Part shown: positions 54,541 through 64,000 of the stretch, piece after piece
Layout of the letters: every line of letters begins with the position of its first letter
How positions within the stretch are numbered: position 1 is the stretch's first letter
DNA from: Lytechinus pictus
Taxonomy: Eukaryota
Reading direction: 5' to 3'
Assembly (NCBI RefSeq): GCF_037042905.1
Contig: NC_087246.1
Location: forward strand, 4,466,001-4,530,000
Length of the DNA: 64,000 bases
Notes under the pieces: model-generated
The model's input: the letters and a program-made list of their open reading frames with translations, nothing else
Databases searched by the model: none
What the model was told of the DNA's origin: nothing
Translations under genes and position numbers: made by a program

Positions 54541-55341
54541 TCATAGCTGTGTCATGAGAGGTACATTCTTTTCTCGGTCATCATGAAGGTAAGAAGCTGA
54601 GGTGGATGTTGATGCCTGGGGCTCTGGGGGTTTGTATCCCTCCATCGCTAACCCCCTCCCTGCGTCATGTACGGGGTAGTTGAAAATGGTATCCCATCGG
54701 AACATCATCATGAATATCGCAAGACAAATCATAAAAAGGACATAGAGACTAAAGAAACAAATGACGATGACACTCATCACAGAACGGGTCGAACCTTGAA
54801 CTCTTGGATGTCCTGTGACTTGTTTGGTGACTTGAGTTGGGGCTGGTTTGCTCGGAGAAATACTACTCAGAGGTGAGTTCAGAGGATCTTGAGGTGTAGT
54901 GTCTGTCATTGTGAAGAAATTGGACCAGGAATCTGTGCTTGTCGGTGATACAGTATTAATTGGTTCGACATGCAAATAAAACTGCGTAAGCTGACCATTC
55001 TCGGAGGTGGAAAGAAAGTAGTTTCCTTCATCAAATCTTGTGGCATTTTTTATAGTTAGATGGAGAGAGCAGTTTCCACTTTGAGAAACATTATGATTCG
55101 TCACCAGGAACTTTGAAGAAAGATTAATCAAACCTGGATGAGTTGATTTGTAAAATGGCGCCTTTTCTTCGTAGTTTAATGCAACCTCTTTGGCTTCACA
55201 TGGGTAGGGGAGGTTAAACGTACCTTCTCCTTCTTTAATAGTTAGTGCCGTGGTCCCATGTAGGCAAACTGCCACACAAAATAGCAAGATCAGCAAATCA
55301 CTCTTAAACATTATTGCCATATCTAGGTGCCGAATGTACAT
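54541..55341 (-). CDS. Type I membrane protein with one atypical Ig V-like domain, Ser/Thr/Pro stalk, TM helix and about 50-aa tail
   Basis: 266-aa intronless ORF; signal peptide LLILLFCVAVCLHGTTA; FNLPYPC..CSLHLTIKNATRFDEGNYFL; TM VIVICFFSLYVLFMICLAIFMMMF. Confidence 0.8.
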   Translation of the reverse strand: MYIRHLDMAIMFKSDLLILLFCVAVCLHGTTALTIKEGEGTFNLPYPCEAKEVALNYEEKAPFYKSTHPGLINLSSKFLVTNHNVSQSGNCSLHLTIKNATRFDEGNYFLSTSENGQLTQFYLHVEPINTVSPTSTDSWSNFFTMTDTTPQDPLNSPLSSISPSKPAPTQVTKQVTGHPRVQGSTRSVMSVIVICFFSLYVLFMICLAIFMMMFRWDTIFNYPVHDAGRGLAMEGYKPPEPQASTSTSASYLHDDREKNVPLMTQL

Positions 55342-56433
55342 ATCAAAAGTAATAAAGAGTTATCTGATTATTGGTCTATAAACAAAGTCGTTAATATTCA
55401 GCTCATCCATTCGTTTCTTCTTGAATTATTTCTACCATGTCTACCTGAAGGACTGAGAAGATATATGTTTATCATCAACCTGATGTAGAAGATATGTCGA
55501 AAACAAGAGTAAACAAAAAAGTTCAGAGGTTCAACCCAATATTTGCCATATGCCAGCGATTAAAGGAGTTGGCAAATAATTATCTGCACTGACCTGTTGA
55601 GTATTGAGATCCCCCTGCAATTAAAACACACATAATTGCATAGTCAAAGTTACAAATATCCAGGAACAATATGATTAAAAATGATTGAAATTGTAGTATA
55701 CCTTTCAGTAAATTACGTGCCGATTGAACACTTAATTAATTCGCATCGGCTATTTCACCTTTTTGACTCCGTTCATGATGTCTGAATAAGTCTTTGCTAT
55801 GAGTGTTTCATGTATATTTTGAACCACTAAAATCAGTTTAGACTGTTTGACTGTCCCGAAATGGCTTCAGCCCCTGATTTGTTTTTTACCGGTTTCTCTT
55901 CTGCCTTTACAATCGTAATAAAACAAGTATGAGGCTCTTTCTGACGATTGGTCCAATATTGATGTAAAATGTTGCCACAATCATGTATTTATAACTATTG
56001 CCGTACAGGACTGGCGGCGATGACGGAGGCACCCCCCCCCCCCCTCGATTTTCTCTGCCCCCTTGATAGACCAAACAATCTCTAGAAATTGCCATTGTTT
56101 GTTAAGGTTTAAAAACAATTGGACTATAAGATTTTAGATTGAATGGAAATTTAGGTCATAAACCTACACACTGCTGAATCGTTTAATTATTTTTCTACAA
56201 TTTAGGCTCCGGCTATTATTTTCAAGATAGATGTGATCGAAGTAACTCTTGTATCTTACCTTTACCGAATTTTAGTTCTCTAAAAGAAGTGTGTGTCAGG
56301 CCAATTTCTTCTGCCGAGAGAAATGTAACAAGGAATAACCAAATAGAATCAAAATGCGAAACAATCTTGTCTGATTCTGTTCACACAACATGCTTTCTTC
56401 CTATTGATCACTTAAGTAACGGACTGAATGCAG

Positions 56434-56867
56434 CCCGGGGTCCGTCTAATACACACGCGTGACCCCAAAAAACGTTTTTTTTTCAGTTTTGGACGCAGGC
56501 CGCGCGTGCACTTTTAAGGGTATAAAAAAACAACGATTTAAAAAAAAGGGGTAGTTTTGAACGACTGGCCAATGGTTAATCGCAGGGTCAAACGTTTTTA
56601 GGGTATTTTTTCCAAAGCTTTTTTTTTCAAAGACTAGCCAATCGTGTCTAGGGGATTTTTCCCCAAAGCTTTTTCCCCGGGGTCATATTCTGGCGACAAC
56701 TTGTTTAGGGGCCAAAATTGGTATCTAAATACAAAGCCCGCGAAAAACCTGTTTAGGGGGTTATTTTGCACACAGAGAAAAACTCTTCTAGGGGGTGTTT
56801 GGAAATAATTTGGCCACGCGTGTGTACAGCAATGCATTTGACTGCATGCCCCCCCCCCCTCCCCGGG
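56434..56867. mobile_element. CCCGGG-terminal MITE-like element
   Basis: cccgggg..tacacacgcgtg / cacgcgtgtgta..ccccggg; repeated tttaggg(g) motifs as in 12230-13172. Confidence 0.55.
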
Positions 56868-59800
56868 GGGGGGGGGATGCAGGGGCGGGCTGCGAGTGCT
56901 AGAACCACTGAGGAGTTTGGAGGCAACTGCCTCTATTGTTCTCAAGAAGTGAAAATGGAGGAAAGGGGAGAAAAGAAAAAAAAAGTAAATGGGGTCTCAA
57001 GTAACTATTGATAAGAAATGACCTAAACATTTAGCTGCCTTTGCTCACTCACATAGCGGCGCACACTCAACCCCTCTCCCTTCTTCTTTCTCTCTCATGA
57101 TGTTCATCTCTCCTCTATCGGTCTCATTTCTTATCTTTGCTGTCTATTCATAGTACATCTCGGACAGAAACAGAAATAGACTTTAATTGTAACCGGGAGA
57201 ATAACGAATAAATTTGTAATGACACAATATTGCTTTTACTAAGAAATAATATTTTACCTTTTCTTCAGACCTGATAAAAATGTAAACTAAAGTAAAGGGA
57301 AAGAGAGAAAATCTACTTACCAATTTATGTAGGCTTATACCTCTGTCATCATATGAACTAACACATATAACCCTATATACTTTGTAGTGCTGTGGTGAAT
57401 GTTTATTCTATATTTTCAGAATGTTTATAATTCTATAACGTTATCTTTGACCTTTATATTATGCTTGGGTCGTTCAATGGATTTTATTACTTCGATCGTG
57501 GAGATTTGATGAATAACGTGGCCAGATGAAGGTGTGGTTTTTTTTTTTTTTTTGGGGGGGGCATGGATACATTAAATGATCATGAATGTATCAAATCAGA
57601 CCGAGCTAATTATGAGAGGGGTTTTCGTGTGAGGAAGTGCATGTCTGTGATCGCGTGGGAGGGTGTGTACATGTGTTTTGGTTTGGTTTTTATTGAAATT
57701 TACTAAGGATTTTGATTTTTTTTCATTGAAATCTAAGAAGGATTGTGTAGAATTTATGTATTCACTGCCATTTCAGGAAAAATGCAACGAAATTGGGATT
57801 TGAGGGAACCTGGGCAAAGCGAGAGCCCCCCCCCCCCTCCCCCCCGCATACGCTCTTATCGGGAATAACTTTATTAAGCGTGTCGTAGACGGTATGAAGT
57901 GTTTATACTGTATCTATTTTTTTATTTTTTGTTTTGTTTTTATTTTGGGGGCTACGGCCCCCCTCCCACACCTCGCGCAAATCGTACTCTAAGCACGTAT
58001 AGTGTTGACTGTTGGGGCAAAAGGTCCACCCTTTATCAAACATTTTAGTCTTAATTTTTTTTATACCGTTACAAATTTGACCCTAAACACGTAGCATTCC
58101 TAGCTACGTGTTTTTTATTATTTCATGTTTTTGACACCCTTATTATTTTACGTACGCAACGTGCCCTATCATGAAAAAGACATCCTTCTACGTGTTTTTG
58201 GGGTCGCGCATGCATGTATCCACTCGTCAAGGCCCCCCCCCCCCCCCCACCGGGAGTTAAACTTGATTGACTACTGTTTTAAGGTGGTCCAAATTCATAT
58301 AGATGTGATTACCTTGATACAAATGCCCTTGGTAAACAAAAGAAATATATTGCGAAATTGGGTTCATTCTTTTCATTCATCACTGTCATAAAAATTTGCA
58401 TAACCATGATTGATAACATAATATGGGCCACGCGGAACGGTTCAAAAAGTTGGGGGCTGACCATGCAAAAAAAAAGAATCACAATCGGATGGTCATTTTT
58501 CTTTTTTGTATACACGGTTTTGGAAAAAAGTTGGGGGTGGGCTTCGATCGGCTCTAACCCCCCCCCCCCATCCGTTCCGCGACACCTGTATGATATACGC
58601 AATGAGTTATATTTCGTGAACAAGCTGTAACAAATATGGTTACTCACTTCTTATGATGTCATGAAACTACATTAAGAAAAAGACAAAGTGTAAACCAAGT
58701 AGGCAATAAATACATTATAATTTATCATAATATTTGCGCATTTATTAAGCATGTTAAGTGAGTTCACATGGCTTAAAAGTCAATAGGCTATCAAATATTC
58801 AACAAGCCACTCGTGTAGTTTCTGTGACTAGTTATGTGCATAGTTGGGCTGAATAGGTCAAGCTGCTGCAAAGTGGGGGGATGGTTGAAATTAAACACAC
58901 TGGAAACGACCTCATGTTATGTTACATTAAAAAACATTTATATTATACTGATAATTATTTTTCTCCTGGATTTAAATTGAATTTATTTTTCAATACTCAT
59001 AAAAGATTTTCTAATCAATAATTTGCCTTATTAATTAAAAAAAGCCAAAGTTGACATGAAAATTACAACGTATTTACAGCAAAACAAACATAAATCTACA
59101 CGGAGATATCGTTTTGATTTTTCATACGTTTATCAATGAATAAATTATATGAAATGTTTGTATTATGTTTATCATTGTATGTACAACTGTGAAACGGAAA
59201 TCATTAAACAAAACAAAATCTGAAAAGTGCAATATGACATTTATTTATTTATTTATTTATTTAAAAACAGGGAAGCCCATTCAACAATGTGTTGGTCTCC
59301 CATGGGGCCCTGTGACATAACTAATTATACCAAATCAAACATACATATTTCAAAGAAAGCCTATACATGCATGAATTATTTTCGGAGAAGCACATTTTGA
59401 AGATACCCACGAGGAAAGGTTTCATTAAAAGTGTATTGTAAAAATGTGTTTATCTTACAATATTATTCAACAATAAAAAAAAACATTGCTAAAAAATATG
59501 ATTTCGTAAACTTCCACTTAATATCACAATTCTAAAATATTAATTTTGTTTCTATAAGAATGAGAAATGTCGCAGCAATTCGGCATTGGGTGTGTAGCTT
59601 AGAACCTGCGATCATCGAACATTCATATCAGTTCGTGCTTTTATTGGTCCAAATTTTGTTAAATTCAATTATTTGTGTTTAGTATTTATTAAACTACATT
59701 ACACTTCATCTTTATTGGATTTCTTTTTTTCACTGACGTCCTGCATTTTGATGAGCAAAAAGTTATTTAGAAAAATATGTAGACACATTGAAAGTTCACT

Positions 59801-59976
59801 GTATTTTATTTAGATCAACTCTGTTCATAACTCATGAAATACAAATTCTGGTTCCCATTTTTATTAATAAGTCTTCCAATCGTTATTTCTACAAAAGATT
59901 ATGATAGAATTTCATTCTTAATTTACACACAAAAACTACTAATTTCTCATCAGTCTGCGTGTTAAGTATTCATCAT

Positions 59977-60200
59977 CATAGGCGGCGGAAGCGGGGGGCG
60001 GTGGTCTTGCCCCCCCCTAAATTTTTGTTGAGAACCTTTTTTTTTTTTTTTTGCTTGTCAAAAAATGTTGGTGGTTCCTCCTAAAATTTTGCTTGATAAC
60101 CTTTTTTCTTCTTTTTTTTTTGCTTGTCAAATTTTTTACCTGTGTCCATCCCAAAATTTCAGGTGGACCCCCCTAAATGTTATGGCTTCCTCCGCCAATA
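59977..60200. mobile_element. hAT-type MITE, 224 bp, about 200 bp downstream of the stop of Ig-like gene 2
   Basis: TIR cataggcggcggaagc / gcttcctccgccaata; 8-bp TSD ttcatcat. Confidence 0.75.
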
Positions 60201-60404
60201 TTCATCATCCCTCTGTCGATCCTTTTCCATCTATGTATTCTCGGGGGGGGGGGGTTTTCTCTGTAACTGTCTTTCCGATTCTCTCTCTTGGTTTTTGCTC
60301 TCTGTACACGAGGGAAAATATTTTTTGGGGGGTGAAAGCAAAGAGAGTGAATATTAGTTTCAATCCTTCACTCGGGGATCTTTGATCACTCTTTAGGAGA
60401 AACC

Positions 60405-61337
60405 TTAAACTGATGAGAAAATGTCTTTACTGTCAGAGTCTTTACGTACTATTCCATACGCACACAAATAGGTACATATTACGAAGACGAACAAACATAC
60501 CAAACCAATTATAATAGATTCAGAATGTATAACTAACCCATCAGAAGTTTTCGCGAGTGTAATATCTTTTGATCTTGGTACGTCATGTTTATTCGAAGAT
60601 GAATGTTCATGAATTACGGTTGGATCTATAGATTGTAATTTTGGGGGACAGGTGTATAAGGTGACATCGTGAACGGTTCTGTTATTTATTGGATCCCATC
60701 CCCAATCTTTACACTCACATTTATCTTTTGTTCCTTCTAAAGGAGAAAAACAACAGTATATATGATCTGAAAGGGTGGCCAACATCATCTGCACCAAGGT
60801 ACTTCCATTGTATTGTGGCTCAGTAAGAGGTGGCGCCCTCTGGCCCCCTTGGTAGCAGACTATCTGCCCTGGTGAACTCCCTGAGGAAGCTGAGCAATGG
60901 AGCTTCACCCAATCCCTGTGATATCTTCTTCTTGGCTCACATGATGACTTCCTCGGATTTTCCTTAACTTGTAACCGAACTCTTCTGACGTCAGTTATCA
61001 CGTCATCATTGCTATATGTAGTCAGGATATATATGCCTTCATCGTATATGGTGACTGGATTTATGACGAGATAAATAGAACACTTGTCCTGTACGGCGCT
61101 AGTTTGCTCAGTTACTAGATAATTGTGACGTTTGGATTGTACTAGACCTTTAGAATGATAAACTAAATAAGTATCGCCATGTTGATGTTGTAAAGTAATG
61201 TATGTATCGCACGGATGTGAGAAATAAAGCTCTGCCCGTTCACCATCTAAAACGCGAAGAGCTATACAGCAATGGATACTGATGAGTTTAATAACTATCA
61301 AGAAAATAATCATCATTGTATATTTCATCCCTTTCAT
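60405..61337 (-). CDS. Type I membrane protein with atypical Ig V-like domain, second Cys-rich Ig-like domain, TM helix and short tail
   Basis: 310-aa intronless ORF; hydrophobic N-terminus; AELYFSHPC..CSIYLVINPVTIYDEGIYIL; WVKLHC..IVCYQ..YCC..CEC; TM IIIGLVCLFVFVICTYLCAYGIV. Confidence 0.82.
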   Translation of the reverse strand: MKGMKYTMMIIFLIVIKLISIHCCIALRVLDGERAELYFSHPCDTYITLQHQHGDTYLVYHSKGLVQSKRHNYLVTEQTSAVQDKCSIYLVINPVTIYDEGIYILTTYSNDDVITDVRRVRLQVKENPRKSSCEPRRRYHRDWVKLHCSASSGSSPGQIVCYQGGQRAPPLTEPQYNGSTLVQMMLATLSDHIYCCFSPLEGTKDKCECKDWGWDPINNRTVHDVTLYTCPPKLQSIDPTVIHEHSSSNKHDVPRSKDITLAKTSDGLVIHSESIIIGLVCLFVFVICTYLCAYGIVRKDSDSKDIFSSV

Positions 61338-61849
61338 CAGTTGTTAAGTTCTCTGAATGAAGATAAAGTTTTGTAAACATGAACGATTCCAGGTTCAGAG
61401 TTTTAGTAGTATCTTTAAGCTACCATTTTCCATTCAACTTTCACTTAACGCTCTTCATTGTTATATTTTTATGAACTTATGTATCAAATTGCTTTATGAA
61501 CAAATTCCAACTAAGACGTACTAATTTTGTTTGGTCAACACGTGTTTCAAGATCCTCATGGTGTGCCTGATCTGAGTGTGTATTTTGTCGTTGTTTCTTC
61601 GGCAAGCTAGGTTTGTCACTTGGATTTCTCTGACGATTCACAGTGGACTTGGTTCGTAATTTGGTAGTGAAATATATTTTGTTTCTCCTGAAAGAAAGAA
61701 TAAAATGGAGAATACTTTTATTTTCCGAATTTTTTTAAGAGTATAGCAAATTTGATCTTGAGTAAAAGAAATAAGCGAAGTTGTCTGGTTGTCCTGCGAA
61801 GAAATTGGTGAACACGTCCCATTTGGGAACTGCAGACTCAGTGTCGCGC

Positions 61850-64000
61850 AGCGGCGTAACATGGGTCGGTGGCCAGGGGGGGGGGTGGCAAGAGCCAAGA
61901 ATTTCCCGGTCATATCATGGTATGAACAGGCGCAATGGTGTAATGAGGCGACTATTTTGAGAGGGCCAGATATTGCGTATCGGGCAGAATTTATCTTTAA
62001 AAAAAGTTGCGAGCGAGCGAGCAAAAATTTTGACCTTTTTAATACAAAAATCAAATTTTGTGATAGATTTTGACATGATATCCAGGAAATAATTTATTTC
62101 ACTCTTCTCTCTTTGCATTCCTTTTTTGTGGTCTGTACGCCACTGTGAACAGGATTCTTTGCGGCAGTAGCGTGAAGAGTAGAAAAAAAACGAGGGGCGC
62201 AGTATGACACATGTGCTAAAAGCTGCTTAATATAAGTCCCGAGCGAGCGAAGCGAGCGAGAAAAAATCACCTTTTCATGAGAATCTAACTTTGAGATATT
62301 TTAGAAATTATATTTAGTAAATAAAATGATATTCTACACTTTTCCTTTGCTTTTCTTTCCTCCCTTTTTGTTGTTCTTGTTTGTAGAACTTTTGGGGGCC
62401 AATGGCCCAACCCTTCAATACTCATATACATGTACAGCAGCTATGCGGTAGGGGTCCGGAGCGGAGCCCCCGGAACTTCTTGATATCAAAGCCATTTAAA
62501 CCTCGCAGATCGCCGCTATTTTAATCAAATCGCGGGTATATACAGAATATAGCTTTTACACATTTATTCAACCCAGTTGCGTAATGAACCAAAATTATTT
62601 GAGGGGGCAAAACATAGCAATGTGGGAAAATTTACATCCTACATCCACTGCATGTTGGTTCTATACTCTTTCTATTTGTCATTATATTGATTTGTTTATG
62701 CATTGTTTTTTATTGTTCATATAATATTGTATATTGTATATTGTACATTTTTAATGGATGTGAGTAAAGTGAATTGAATTTGTTAAAAGTTTTGAAATTA
62801 AATTATAATTATGTGATAGACTTTTCCATTATATTCAGCAAATAACACATTTCATTGTTTCCATTCATTTCATTATACGTTGTCTCCTATAATTTATTTT
62901 ATTTCCTCTTGGGTGTGGAACTAAGACCCCCCCCCCCCGCGCCTGTACGCCAGAGATTGAACGTGATTGAACGGGGGCGTTATAGAGCCATTTGATGGTT
63001 ATATAGATGAAGAGCCCCTATTGTGTGTGTTTGCTTATTTATGAGGCGCCGAATGTACCATTATTATATAGAACAATTATTTGTTATATAATCATTATTT
63101 ATTAAATAATAACTATTATTTATATATAATTTACATTTTATTTGTAAATAACTACTATTATATAAAATATCATTTCTAATTATTTATATATAATTCCAAG
63201 TAATACTTCATTATTTGTAAATAATAATAGTTCGACATTCCATTATTTATAAATAATGATTATTTGTTTTTCATTATTTATAAATAATGGAATGTCGAAC
63301 TATTATTATTTACAAATAATGAAGTATTACTTGGAATTATATATAAATAATTAGAAATGATATTTTATATAATAGTAGTTATTTACAAATAAAATGTAAA
63401 TTATATATAAATAATAGTTATTATTTAATAAATAATGATTATATAACAAATAATTGTTCTATATAATATTGGTACATTCGGCGCCTCATACTTATTGGCA
63501 TACAATTTAGCAAGCTTTTAGCACAACGTTGTATGCAGTCAATCTTTCTTCCCGCTCTTTATTTTGTATCCTCTGCAGCCCGGTCGCGTTATTATATTTT
63601 TCTTGTCCCTTTTCTTTGTTTTCTAATTTAGCTTTTGACTAATTCCATTCTTCCTTCGTTTCCCGCTATTGTTTGCCATTTTGTCATCTTTTAATTTATT
63701 TCCCATCATGCTATTGCATTACATAATGATAAGCCTATTTCGGAATAATTTGTTCTTTGTCAAATGTTCTTCTTTCGTACCTTTTTCCCGCTTTTTTTCC
63801 TCTTCCATTAACATTTTTTTTTCGTTTTCTTTTCACTTTTCCCTTTCCCTTTCCTTTTCCTCCATCCCTTTTCCCCTTTCCTCCCCCTTTCCTTTTCTTT
63901 CTCCCTCTTTTTTTTCCTTTTCCCGTTTTTTATTTTCCCGGTGAAATCCGCCAGGGGGGGGGCAGCTTGCCCCCCTGCCCCCCCCCCGCCTGTTACGCCA
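61850..64000. mobile_element. Composite/nested non-autonomous DNA element(s) with ggcgta(a)ca TIRs, running to the window end
   Basis: cagcggcgtaaca at 61850; tgtacgcca at about 62135 and 62945; tgttacgcca at the window end; gcgagcga motifs and a pyrimidine tract as in 3444-9549. Confidence 0.55.
63040..63490. mobile_element. 451-bp palindromic MITE (IS3EU-like: TAT..ATA termini, 6-bp TSD)
   Basis: 220-bp arms (63040-63259, 63271-63490) with one mismatch seen, 11-nt spacer, TSD cttatt. Confidence 0.88.

Noticed and set aside
61639..61680. CACAGTG heptamer upstream of Ig-like gene 2 as a recombination signal
   Set aside because: No ACAAAAACC-like nonamer at 12- or 23-bp spacing; wrong position for V-segment joining.
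63669..63944. Phe/Ser-rich ORF (also 9286-9492, 47423-47662)
   Set aside because: Translations of pyrimidine tracts in repeats.

Overview
AT-rich, intron-rich animal genomic DNA. The repeat families and gene style suggest an invertebrate deuterostome, most likely a sea urchin (inference). There is no prokaryotic content and no CRISPR array. Host genes: (1) a complete 17-exon TRMT2A-like tRNA (uracil-5)-methyltransferase on + (10217-27291, 689 aa by manual splicing); (2) a small uncharacterised gene on + (31627-42193) with a DUF1499-like C-terminal motif and two homologous, alternative last exons; (3) two tandem paralogous type I membrane proteins on - (54541-55341, 60405-61337) with intronless CDS, an atypical Ig V-like domain and C-terminal PDZ-type motifs. 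The rest is a dense, nested transposon landscape. It includes three CR1/L2-group LINEs, one with an intact 915-codon EN-RT frame that is in frame with ORF1 across a TAG. It also includes a 4.3-kb foldback element, a piggyBac-like MITE split by a 6.3-kb element with an 8-bp TSD (carrying a minimal hammerhead ribozyme and spliced-looking segments), several MITEs with clear TSDs, a tRNA-derived SINE, a near-perfect 451-bp palindrome and microsatellites. All exon and TSD coordinates were read by eye; family names rest on motif recognition, not database searches.
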